Below are positions 10,295 to 23,097 of a stretch of 64,000 bases of DNA, in pieces; within the stretch, counting starts at the first letter, position 1, and the number at the start of each line of letters is the position of its first letter. The position numbers and the translations under genes are program-made. Origin of the DNA: Macrostomum lignano (taxonomy: Eukaryota); the NCBI GenBank assembly GCA_002269645.1, contig NIVC01001547.1, positions 62,001-126,000 of the forward strand, read 5' to 3'. The notes under the pieces are model-generated. The model was given only the letters and a program-made list of their open reading frames with translations. It made no database searches and was not told the DNA's origin.

Positions 10295-10765
10295 CGATCT
10301 CCACGGATTCCTCACAGGCCCGTGCAGACCATCAGAGCAGCCAGACCCCATCCCGAACGGATCCAAGTTAGTCTTGCCCAGAAGCCAAGCTCCTTCATCC
10401 AGCAGCCTCCGAACTGAGGTGGCAGTGTAACTGGGCAGAAAATTATCCGCTAAAGTTGGCGAGCCGCAGGTGGCCGAGCCAGCCAGACCAGGTGTATCGC
10501 ATCCCGCAGTGCAAAAATTGTCTTTCACAGCAATTGGCAAACCAAACAGAGGGGAGCCATGGCCTCGGTTAGCAACAGGAGGCTGATGCTGAGGCTCAGC
10601 CAAGCTCACAAAAGCATTGAGACTGGAACCCACTCTGCTGCGACACGCCGCTACAGCCGAGGAGCGCAACTGATCAGGCGTGATTGCGCCAGAACTGATC
10701 GCCTGCGCAAGACGATTAATTATGGATCTGCCACCGCCGTGGCTCAGTCCTACTGGAGTTGCCAT
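10295..10765 (-). CDS. QRSL1: QRSL1/GatA exon 1 (model 10765-10295, 9886-9494, 8378-7671; 523 aa)
   Basis: ATG at 10765; PIAVKDNF (catalytic Lys), GKTNLDPFGMGS, GPVRNPW; TCG|GTGAGG donor phase 0. Confidence 0.93.
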
Positions 10766-10821
10766 GCGACTTTATAGCTGGGACTCGAAGCTGGATTTAG
10801 ATTTTTGGATTTTGGAAATCT

Positions 10822-11432
10822 TAAGATACTCCAGTGATTGCTGCTAGACCCCTGGGTGACCTCTCAGATACTCCAGTGACTGCTGCTGGACCCCTGGGTG
10901 ACCTCTCAGATACTCCAGTGACTGCTGCTGGACCCCTGAGTGACCTCTCAGATACTCCAGTGGTAAATGCCAAACCTCTGAGTGACCTCTCAGATACTCC
11001 AATGACTGCTGCTAGACCCCTGAGTGACCTCTCAGATACTCCAGTGGTAAATGCTAGACCCCAGAGTCACCTCTTAGATACTCTAATGGTAAATGCTAAC
11101 CCATGAGTGACCTCTCAGATACTCTAATGGTAAATGCTAAACCCATGAGTCACCTCTCAGATACTCCAGTGGTAAATGCCAAAACCCTGAGTGACCTCAG
11201 ATACTCCAGTGACTGCTGCTGGACCCCTGAGTGACCTCTCAGATACTCCAATGACTGCTGCTAGACCCCTAAGTGACCTCTCAGATACTCCAATGACTGC
11301 TGCTAGACCCCTGAGTGACCTCTCAGATACTCTAATGGTAAATGCTAAACCCATGAGTGACCTCTCAGATACTCTAATGGTAAATGCTAAACCCATGAGT
11401 GACCTCTCAGATACTCCAGTGACTGCTGCTGG
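10822..11432. repeat. 42-bp minisatellite (GTGACCTCTCAGATACTCCAGTGACTGCTGCTGGACCCCTGA)
   Basis: About 14 units upstream of the QRSL1 ATG. Confidence 0.94.
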
Positions 11433-11989
11433 ACTCTCAGGAAGCCTTAAAATTGAAAAAATATTGAAATCAACCAGATTAACAACACGAAAAACAAACT
11501 GAAGAAAATTCTGCATTTTTAGGTATATTCAGGAACTGTTTTCACGCGCAGCACATTATGTTTAATAACTAATAAGGTCAATAATATTCGCTAACAATAT
11601 GTACAAGTACAATAATATAGAGTTCGTACTTTGCGCAATAATTTTAGTGTAGAAATAGAAAGAACAAAAAGCAAAAAATACAAAACTGTAGAGAAAGAGA
11701 AATTAATAATCAGATTCAGCCTACTTATCAGTAGCAACAAAGGGTTAAATAAGAAATTTATATTAACAAAAAATTCAGCCAATACTTTCTTCCATAGGAA
11801 TTTATTATATAACTGCATTTTTACAACAACAAAAATAGCAAAAAGTGATAGAGTTGAGTTGTGCTGCGCGTGTAAATATTCAACTGCGGGCGAAGGTATA
11901 ATTAAACACAAAGCAGACGTTAAAAGTACATTTTGCTAATATGTACTTATCGTAGATTTTAGCTTGATCGTAAGAGGCGTGACGACATA

Positions 11990-13130
11990 CCTAATGCCAA
12001 TAGACACAGATCTAATGCCAATGTCCACGGATCTAATACCAATGTCCAGAGTTATCTAATTCCAATGGACACAGATATCTAATGCCAATGTTCACGGATC
12101 TAATGACAATGTCCACAGATATCTAATGCCAATGTCCACAGATATCCAATTCCAATGGACACAGATATCTAATGCCAATGTTCACGGATCTAATGCAAAT
12201 GGACACGGATCTAATTCCAATGGACACAGATATCAAATGACAATGTTCACGAATCTAATGCCAATGGACACGGATCTAATGACAATGTTCACGAGTCTAA
12301 TGCCAATGGACACAGATCTAATGCCAATGGACACGGATCTAATGCCAATGGACACAGATCTAATGCCAATGGACACGGATCTAATGCCAATGTCCACGGA
12401 TCTAATACCAATTGACACATATCTAATTCCAATGGGCACAGATCTAATACCAATGTTCACGGATCTAATGCCAATAGACACAGATCTAATGCCAATGGAC
12501 ACGGATCTAATGCCAATGGACACGGATCTAATGCCAATGGACACGGATCTAATGCCAATGTCCACGGATCTAATACCAATTGACACATATCTAATTCCAA
12601 TGGGCACAGATCTAATACCAATGTTCACGGATCTAATGCCAATAGACACAGATCTAATGCCAATGGACACGGATCTAATGCCAATGGACACGGATCTAAT
12701 GCCAATGTCCACGGATCTAATACCAATTGACACATATCTAATTCCAATGGGCACAGATCTAATACCAATGTTCACGTATCTAATGCCAATAGACACAGAT
12801 CTAATGCCAATGGACACGGATCTAATGCCAATGGACACGGATCTAATGCCAATGGACACGGATCTAATGCCAATGTCCACGGATCTAATTACCAATTGAC
12901 ACATATCTAATTCCAATGGGCACAGATCTAATACCAATGTTCACGGATCTAATGCCAATTGACACATATCTAATGCCAATTGACACATATCTAATGCCAA
13001 TTGACACATATGTAATGCCAATGGACACGGATCTAATGCCAATTGACACATATCTAATGCAATGGACACAGATATCTAATGCCAATGTCCACAGATATCT
13101 AAGGCCAATTTACACGGCTCTAATTCCAAT
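11990..13130. repeat. 21-bp minisatellite (GATCTAATGCCAATGGACACG) with 7-8-unit higher-order blocks
   Basis: Variant block ATTGACACATATCTAATTCCAATGGGC recurs at about 147-168-bp spacing. Confidence 0.95.
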
Positions 13131-13491
13131 GGCCGCAAATCTACTAACCCATACAGAAAAGAATTTATCCCAAAAAGCAATGACTACAAGAAAATAATGG
13201 TTTAGTAATGAGAAAAATCAAGATTTTTGTCAGAATTTTTTAAACAGGCAAGATTACAAAGACCAGCATTTAAACAGAATGGTAAACACATACAAAAAGC
13301 ATATTCTGAATTCTGTTGAAGTAGCTATAATTAATTATACACATTTTATTTACCATTAAAGTTAAGCCATATAATTTATGACTACAGTTATACAGATAAT
13401 TATACTAATTAAATTCATCAAAACAATCGCCAACACTGAAAAGTGCACGCATTGATACTCGTAATTCAACTCAGTTAACCAGTTCAATATG

Positions 13492-13659
13492 TCAATCAGG
13501 ATATTGAATAGATGGTTTAGGCAGCGTTGACAGCTCAAGCACGTACTCCATCATAGCGGACGAGTCAAATCTTAGTCTGGTGAGGCGCCAGTGCAGCCGC
13601 AGTCTATGGTAAAGATTGTCATTCTCCCATTCCAGTGCCTTCTCTATCGTGCTGCGGGT
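13492..13659 (-). CDS. CHIC2: Cysteine-rich hydrophobic domain protein (CHIC1/2, Erf4/GOLGA7 family), exon 4 of 4
   Basis: cccccccag|ACC acceptor; TRSTIEKALEWENDNLYHRLRLHWRL...MMEYV...YPD* closely matches the CHIC2 C-terminus; minus-strand AATAAA at 13345-13350. Confidence 0.93.
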   Translation of the reverse strand, partial: TRSTIEKALEWENDNLYHRLRLHWRLTRLRFDSSAMMEYVLELSTLPKPSIQYPD

Positions 13660-13714
13660 CTGGGGGGGGGGGTAGCAAGTTCGCAAGTACGGTTTCAGAA
13701 CTCAGTTCAATCAG

Positions 13715-14134
<420 letters not shown>

Positions 14135-14200
14135 TTAACAGCATTATTATTTAATAATACAGCTTTAACCAAAAACTTTTACAGCAACTAAAACACTCAC

Positions 14201-14255
14201 TCTTCCCAGCAGCTCATTTGGATAATCAGATGAGAATCGACTGTTGAGCCCAAAT
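14201..14255 (-). CDS. CHIC2: CHIC exon 2 (55 nt, not in ORF track)
   Basis: ttttag|A TTT GGG CTC...; FGLNSRFSSDYPNELLGR aligns to FGLSNKFESEFPSSLTGK of CHIC2; AGA|GTGAGT donor. Confidence 0.9.
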
Positions 14256-14498
14256 CTAAAATTTAAAGGGCTGACTTTGTAAAATATAGCCAAGTGTTCT
14301 AGTGTGACACTCTTATGTGCAGCCACATTAATTTAGGGCTAAATTGAAATATTGGCTTGGGTCTGCTTGTCCATATCTGTAAGGTTAATTAATTTCCCAT
14401 AACTTCCAGTTTTTTAGGTTTTATCATTTACTATAATAAAGTGATGAAGTAAAGAATGACAGCAATAGCCTATACCAATAACCTACCAGTACCACTCA

Positions 14499-14796
14499 CA
14501 TACATGCGCAACCTTTAAAATTCGGTCGGCCATGCGACTTAGTTTTAACAAAAATGCGACGTAGTTTTTGGCCAAAAATGCGACTTACATGTAAAAAACA
14601 TTAACGCAAAATTAACGCAACTTTGGGTAAACGGCAGGAGTAACTATGACTGTCTTATTAAGTCACAATGCCTCGTCAGCTACTTAGTACTACTAACTTT
14701 GGTATTTTTTCGGGTTGGCATTTTTGCGACTTCCTTGGTTGGCCGCCAAATCGGTCGGCCAGATCGGCCGACTCGGCCGACTATTGCGCATGTATG
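14499..14796. mobile_element. hAT-type MITE, copy 2 (298 bp), CHIC intron 1
   Basis: Near-identical to 9000-9295; TIRs with one mismatch; 8-bp flanks ACCACTCA / GTCACTCA (6 of 8 match). Confidence 0.88.
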
Positions 14797-17206
14797 GTCA
14801 CTCACTCATTAACAGGTATTCATCTCAACTTTAGCCCACAATAACCTAAATACATAATGTACATATTGTCATTGTCAATGAGTGGCCAATATTACAAGAA
14901 ATAGGAGATAAGCATTCCTCTAAACAAGCATATCTAATATCTTTACTCATATGTTGGCTAAAAACCACAATGTCTGTAACTTTCTATAGCTAAACAATCT
15001 ATTGACTATTAAAAAGCATGCTTTTTTACAAAAATAGAAAGCTTTTTTTACAAAATTAAAAAACATCTTACAGTACTTTTAACAAGTCTTTTGATTTTTC
15101 AATATTAAAAGTGCAACCAATACTTTTACTTCATTAATTGACTAGTTATATACTTTTTTGTTTTTTTTTCAGATCGACATAGATATTTGATACTTTTTTT
15201 CAAAAATGTACAATATTGCCTATACTGAATAGGCCTGATAAACAATACTTGATATGCAAGGTCCAAGGTCCAAAGCCAAAGGACCTAGAATTTTTTCTAT
15301 AGCCACTAATCATACCATTCTGGGGACAACAAAAATCTATATGATTTATCAATTGCAACAATACTATGATATTCATTATAGGCCTAATTAAAAGAAGTGA
15401 TCAATAAGAGTTTTATCAAGGTTTCTAAGAAGATTAGAATTTCCAATTTCACTGAAAAACCCTATGTATATCAATGTATAAATTGTTATTACAAAATACG
15501 AATAAAATGTTTTTTATTAGAAAAGAACTAATGCAATATAATAATATTATAGTAAGCCACTATTTGTTAAGCATCACAGTTAGCAGTTTCCCTCACCCTT
15601 CTTGTCTTGCTGCTGGGCAGTAGCCTGTGTCCCCTTTTTCCACTGTTGCCTTTCTACTGTCCTCTTTTGCCCCCTTGTTTCTTGTGCTATCATTTGCAGT
15701 GCCTAGTCAGCTCACATTGACCTATCCTACAACTGCCCTATTTTCTTAGTCTAGAGTTCACTAATGCTTCACTAATAGTTCCCATTCCCCTATTATATGA
15801 ACCCTTTTTATTCTTGTTAGTCCAAAGTACAGTGATTTTATCATTGTATGCTAGGCTTATATTTATAGGAGGAATCATGTGAGCCAAGACCTTTACCTTC
15901 CTTTGAGGCAAACCTAAGAATCAACTGCTAAAAATAGTAATAGAGTCATGAATCTAACAAAATTGGGGTCTTGTACACTGTGGTTCAATAATTCCTACCT
16001 ATACATGCAAGCCCCCTCATGCCTTGGTTTAGTCAAAAGCATTTATTTAGCTTTGTATCTCTTTTTTTTCTATTTATCTAAGTCTAAGTTCCTAACTTAT
16101 TCAAAGCCCAAGTGTGACTAACTTTGAGTGCTACTGCTATCTTAAGTCAAGGCTCCTAAGCCTACTTGAAGCTAGCATAATCTTTTTATCCCTGCACTGA
16201 GCCTGGCAGGATCTGTCAATTATGGTGCCATTAATCAATAATTGCTAGATCTGTAAATACTGCTAGACTCTCTTGGTCTTTATTATTTCATTCCTAAAAG
16301 ATCTTCACCTCACTAATAGCTAGGACTTACAAAAGCTAATGATAGTAGCTACCTTATTTTTAGAAGCTACCAAGACAACCTTTACTAAAAGGTTTGGCCC
16401 AAAGATTAAGGAACTTAGTAAGATAGTAGGTTCTTTATCATATTCAATTAATATATTTTTTAATTCACACTCCTATCAACTCTTAACTGCTATACTTTTC
16501 TTCAAATTCAAAATGTTCTATCTTTAGTTACAGAAACTAGAAGATACTTGCACCTATTTTCAAATAGCTCTATATACTACTTTCTATATGTCAAAAACAA
16601 CTTAATAAGATTCAAGCATACTAAATATACATGCTAGAAAACTGTGGTGTATAAGGTGCTTTCCTAACTATAGGTTGTAAGCAAATACTAAGCCTAAGTT
16701 TAAACTCTACTCCTACCATGCCATGCTATGCATTTAGTAATAATAAGACTATAAAGGTTTGATCTTCTATGACTATGAGCTGTTGCCACTTAACAAATTG
16801 ATTATAACTAACCTATATTCCTAATAGTTGGATAGATTAGCCATTGCCATTGCATAAAAGCAACTGAATCATGGCCTAGTCTAATTTTTGCATAGTAATA
16901 CCTATCTATATCTATACACTACAAAGCCAATTTGCAAAAAGTTATTAAACCTTGGCTAGGAGCTAGTGCCTTATCATTTTCTTTTCCCAACCTAGCACCT
17001 AATGACTATTATCTATTCTTGGCCTTGACCATGCCTTGATAAGCAAAACTTTTATTGCCTTAGAATAAAAACCTAAGAAATTCTATATGGAGTCTAATAA
17101 TAATGTCTTTCTATCTTAAATAGATAGGTGATTGATTTGGATGACAACTATATTCCAAATCATAGAATATATACTTAAAAATTTGGGCACGGATTTGTCT
17201 TACATG

Positions 17207-17460
17207 TAATGACAGATCTAGACTAGAGTTTCATTTTGGGGGGGGGGGCAGTCCAAGTTTAGGGTACCAACACAAGTTTAAAAGATGCCAATTTTTAAAC
17301 TAGAAAGCGCAAAAAATCAAGCTTAAGGGCATAAAAAGGCATTTAGAGACAAAAAATCAAGTTTAGGAGTGCAAATTTAGGTTTTTGGGAGGCACAAATG
17401 TTTTTTCAAGCTATTTTAAATGGGTAGCTGCCTCCCACATCCCCCCTAAATCTGCCCCTG
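17207..17460. mobile_element. Older hAT-type MITE of a second family, CHIC intron 1
   Basis: Right end CTAAATCTGCCCCTG; degraded left end TAATGACAGATCTAG (10 of 15 match); 8-bp direct repeat CTTACATG at 17199-17206 and 17461-17468. Confidence 0.55.
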
Positions 17461-17895
17461 CTTACATGTAAAGAATAGATGTGCACAGTTAGCATGCATC
17501 ACTCTTAAGAAAATAGTATGCATCTACATCTAACATGCACTTTATAAAATCACATGGAAGAGTTGAATGTTAAATGGAAAAAAGATGAAAAAATGTTTAT
17601 TTTTAAGTCTAAAATTTAAGCATAAAACCAAATTATTTGCCAAAAGGATGCTTAATGCAACCCAAAAAAGGGCATTTATTATTAAAATGTAAAAAAAGGG
17701 CTGTTTATTGTTGTTTGATCTAGACTAAGGGATACCAATTACATTGTTTCATAAACTTAAGACAACATATGACAATGTTCAGACTAGGTCCCTACTACTC
17801 CCTAGCCCTAGGCCTAGGCCTAGCCATTATATAAATTAGACTATAGACAGGGGCCTATAGACTAGGGCCTAGCAATGCTTGTCAACATTACTCAC

Positions 17896-18029
17896 AGTGT
17901 GACATTTCCATTTCCTCTAATAATGATCGGATCAGGCTGGGGAAAATTTGACAACATTGCTTGCCCTATGTCATCATCATCAGCATAATGGATGGCATCA
18001 AGATTTACATCATCAGGGCTGCTTGTCAT
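17896..18029 (-). CDS. CHIC2: CHIC exon 1 (model 18029-17896, 14255-14201, 14116-13961, 13659-13492; 170 aa; not in ORF track)
   Basis: MTSSPDDVNLDAIHYADDDD...QPDPIIIRGNGNVT matches the acidic N-terminus and PDPVVVRGSGHVT of CHIC2; CT|GTGAGT donor phase 2 fits exon 2. Confidence 0.88.
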
Positions 18030-18738
18030 CTTAGGCCTATTCTTTTGTGAAATAAAGCACAGGTTACACAGGTGAATAAGCTGCTAATTTACAATTTATT
18101 CAACAAATGAAACAATCAACCTTATGCATGGCTACGACAGTTATCAAGTATTCATAGAACAGTGTCGTAAGTTTAAAATTCGCAGTGTTTTTTACGCTTT
18201 TTTTATTTGCCATTGTTTTATTCCCGGGTCCGAGTCGATCTTAATTAAGTGTAGTTTGTTGCAGTATAACAAATCTTAGCAATTTATAAGAATATTAAAA
18301 TGACCTACGACTTTTGAAGATTATATTTGCTGGTTAAAGAAGTTTTTCATAAATAAAAAAATAAAGCGCTTATTAGCTTCATTATGTAAAATTAAGTTAT
18401 CGCGCTGTAAAATTATTTTTAAAAAGAATAAAAGAAAAAATGAAAAATTTTTTAAAGTTTTTAGTACTGTGAAGCTTTGCTTTGATTTATTGCTATAAAA
18501 CTGAGTCATGCTGAGGAACTAGCGACAAAAAAGTGAAGAAAATGCAAGAATTACTTATATTATTGCTAGCTATGCGCAGATACTTTCTGAAAATCTAGAA
18601 AATTGTGACTTTTAGCACGATCATATACGATATTACGTACTTTTTTCAGGATATGTAATTTTGCTTGTCCAATTTAAGAGAAAAAAAAAACAAAAAGAAC
18701 AAAAAATACGCCGTCAGCCAGTCAGGCGTGAGAAAACG

Positions 18739-19235
18739 TCACAGGGCGCGTTTCAGGGCCTGCAGGGGGCGCGAACGTACAGGCCGCACTGCCGGCAGTG
18801 TCCAGGGCCCCAGCATCAGCCAGCAAGCAGTCGACAAAACACTGAGTGCTCGCCTACCCCCGCCGGTAGGGTGCCTGCAGCGTGAACAACAGCAACTCCT
18901 GGACCGGTTGCGAGCAATACGACTCGGCGGAGTGATATGGGGCTTGCCCAGCTGCAGTCGCCGACGCGGCCGCAAGTTGACTGGGACGGGACAGACTGGT
19001 GCGGTGATAGTGCCGCATTAATGACGTGCCCGCAGCCTCTGTGGGATCATCGCTGTGCGATCTTTAAGGCGGTGCGCAGCAGACCAGCATGTGCGCCACA
19101 TCGACCCTGCTGCTGTTCAACAAGCGATTCTGTCAGCGTCGATCCTGGTCTAGGCGTTGTACATGTACAACAGGGGCACGACGGTCTTCTGCGTGTTGAC
19201 CACCAGGCCGACGCTCGCCGCAACGCTCATCGGTG
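18739..19235 (-). mobile_element. Decayed 3' fragment of an RTE-like non-LTR retrotransposon ORF
   Basis: GC3-rich fragments in shifting frames: SVGLVVNTQKTVV (GLxxNxxKT after the RT YADD motif), LLRTALKI..HVINAAL, RRRLQLG.H, YCSQPVQELLL..RRG..FVDCLLADAG, ending QALKRAL*; multiple stops and frameshifts. Confidence 0.65.
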
Positions 19236-19580
19236 CATGTTTGAAATTTAGCAAATCTAATCAAGGAGCCTCTCTAGAATGAGTCACAACAATTAAGGCC
19301 TCTCACATGTAGTAGTAGTTTTTACGGTCAGCGTTGAATCTCGATCTGGGTACATGTATATGGCTCAGAATTCACCTGCTCAGGGACTGCTGCAGGGGCG
19401 GGAAAGAACAAAGGTTCTGACTCATACTGGAAAAATTGACTTCAATCGATCCCCACCCAGACGTACATGTAGCGTCTAATGACTCAAAGATTGGGTATCA
19501 CTCAGATCTGCAAACGAAAACACCCCGTACAGCAATCCGTCCGCTAGCCGACTTTCTCGACATCTATCTAAATTGATGAA

Positions 19581-19680
19581 AATGTGCTTTTACATTACAT
19601 TGAATGATCAATAACGACGCGATGTCATACGTCGGCTGTAGGTTGTGTGTAATTTAAAAGTACATATTTTTCATAGACGG
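19581..19680. mobile_element. Short inverted-repeat element (GTACTTTTAMATTACAC arms), related to 42285-42365
   Basis: Arms AATGTGCTTTTACATTACA ... TGTAATTTAAAAGTACATATT; the right arm matches the 42285 element over about 33 bp. Confidence 0.4.
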
Positions 19681-20138
19681 TCGGGGAACATCTACACCAG
19701 CGCGGTACGAGATCGCAATTATGCATCCATCGACCTGCATTGTCGGTAGCAATGTATCGCGGTTTCGAACTTGTCTAGAATAAGGGATCGAGGCTGCTGG
19801 ATCCACAAAAGATCCACAATAGACCAGCTCCGAATCGAGGAAGCTAAGTCAACTGCAATTTTGCATGTACCAGATCAGACTAAAATTCAAGTGGAAGTGC
19901 AGGAAAATAATTTCGTTATACTGACATTGTACTGATAACTGCAGATATTTTAATGCGGTAAAAAACTTGATCCACTAAACAGCTGTCAGCTTAATGCAGC
20001 TGCACGCACAACGATGAGATAAAAATGTTCCTCTTAGTTGTATAGAACGGATATTTGAGCAGAAAACTTGTCAAAGAAAATGTGCTAACGTCGGTTAGTT
20101 GCTGTCACACTGACTCTTTTAGCATCTCGCTCGTATGA

Positions 20139-20460
20139 CAGGCACTCATTTTGGCGCCGCAGGCAGGCACTCATTTTGGCGCCGCAGGCAGACAGGCACT
20201 GATTTTGGCGCCGCAGGCAGACAGGCACTCATTTTGGCGCCGCAGGCACTCATTTTGGCGCCGCACGCAGGCACTCATTTTGGCGCCGCACGCAGGCACT
20301 CATTTTGGCGCCGCAGGCAGACAGGCACTCATTTTGGCACCGCAGACAGGCACTCATTTTGGCGCCGCAGACAGGCACTCATTTTGGCACCGCAGACAGG
20401 CACTCATTTTGGAGCCGCAGACAGGCACTCATTTTTGCGCCGCAGACAGGCACTCATTTT
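20139..20460. repeat. 21/25-bp minisatellite (CAGGCACTCATTTTGGCGCCG)
   Basis: About 14 units. Confidence 0.93.
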
Positions 20461-21115
20461 CTTGCAGTGCAAACAAAGCAAGAAATCACGGCAGAAACTC
20501 AGTGCATTGGTATCTATTGTTAGCCACTGACGTCGCCTTTAAGGGCAACAAAGCAAGGGTTCGTGAGCTCTGCGATAAACAAGGGGCAAAGTGGGCAGTA
20601 AACATGTTTACTGCACTTTGGTCTGCAGGAAAAGAAGACTTCTCATGTGACTAGATCACATGACAATGAAAACAGCGGGCGCCACTAGCGAAACCACATG
20701 CAGCGACCGCGGTGGACAAAGAGTGAACTAAGAGCAGGCTGCAGACAAGCAGATTGAGACACCTAACAGGTTAATCTAATGGCTCACTTAAGTCTCTCAG
20801 TTTAAATAACGTCGCATGAACGTATAGGGTGGAGCTTCATTTTAAAACGAGCAGTCAAAAAGTGTCGGCGATGTCTAGGCGACTAGGCGAGACCCAATAA
20901 TTGCCGCCTGCACCCTACTGAAGATTCCGGGGCGTCAGTCGGGGTGCCTGAATATAATACGGGTTGCCTGTATAAACAGTAGGCAGAGCCCGTAGGTAGG
21001 GATAAAATGATGCGGGTCCCATCCGTGATATCAGCTCGGCGGGAAAGCCGTCACATATAGAAGCGAAAGGCCTACTAGACTATAACGAATTGTTCCTAGC
21101 GGTCCTTGATAGTCC

Positions 21116-21335
21116 TTGCTTCTTTTATGCTTTACATGACGCTTCTTTTATGCTTCACATGACGCTTCTTTTATGCTTCACATGACGCTTCTTTTATGCT
21201 TTACATGACGCTTCTTTTATGCTTTACATGACGCTTCTTTTATGCTTCACATGACGCTTCTTTTATGCTTCACATGACGCTTCTTTTATGCTTCACATGA
21301 CGCTTCTTTTATGCTTTACATGACGCTTCTTTCAT
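21116..21335. repeat. 23-bp minisatellite (GACGCTTCTTTTATGCTTCACAT)
   Basis: About 9 units. Confidence 0.93.
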
Positions 21336-21794
21336 GTACTTTTTGGCCTGGTTTTGCTTCGGCACATGTTTTTTAACGTTCACGACAGCTGTAGCTGTCC
21401 TTTTAGCTCTTAAACTCTTGCGGAATTGATTAATTCTTTGAATTAGATATCTTCGTATGGAAGAGCTCCAGACCTAAAAATGTGACTAAATAGCATGGTG
21501 CCAGTTTGAAGAAGATTTCTAATTATCAGTATATCGCTATCGCACAGAGTTAGCTTTAAACAGGAACTGACTGTCGCAAGCCAGCTTGACGCAGTACGCG
21601 CAGCTGCATCTGTCTAGAAAATTAAAGATAAATAACACGTGTTGAACACCTGCGCAACGGTAAGGCAAAGGGGCTCACCTCATCCCTCAGCGGTAGACTA
21701 CAGTCGCAAATGGACATGATTATCAATCACACTAATTAAAATACAGCACAAACGGCAGCAACATTGATTTCCGCTTCTTGAAAACAAATCTTCA

Positions 21795-22803
<1,009 letters not shown>

Positions 22804-23097
22804 TCTAAACGAAAGAGAAGATACGCAACAGGAATGGGAGGAAAGAAAAGGAGGGATCTTCATTAAAAGAAAATTTGAAAGAAAAGGAAGAAATTTTGAA
22901 GCAATGACGTTGCATAATTTGAAGTTACGTGATATCATGATAATATGTCCCGATGTTAAACGATGCCATGTAATTTTATGCAATTTTAATCTATTCTCTG
23001 AATCCCCAAGCTTTAGCCTACGACTTCTCTTGCGCTTCTCTCTATCAGAGCCTTTCTGGCGTTGGAAATTCCTACTATAGCTACAGAGCGCAATTCA

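Noticed and set aside
11591-11939. Overlapping ~100-aa ORFs on both strands
   Set aside because: AT-rich low-complexity sequence with no codon bias or homology.
12126-12937. Long ORFs on both strands (MPMDTDL and IGIRSVS repeats) and a minus-strand AG|GTATGT donor-like site at about 11990
   Set aside because: A 21-bp unit without stops gives open frames automatically; indels break the frame at both ends, there is no unique coding flank, and the donor has no matching exon.
20825-20917. TAGGGTG...CACCCTA possible MITE
   Set aside because: Only a 7-bp inversion, no TSD, no second copy in the window.
20930-21090. Possible self-cleaving ribozyme (GTCCCA, ATAAAA and GCGAA words; several short stems)
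   Set aside because: Element order and pairings fit neither HDV-like (no P2 partner), twister nor hammerhead cores on either strand; an Infernal/Rfam search would be needed to revive it.
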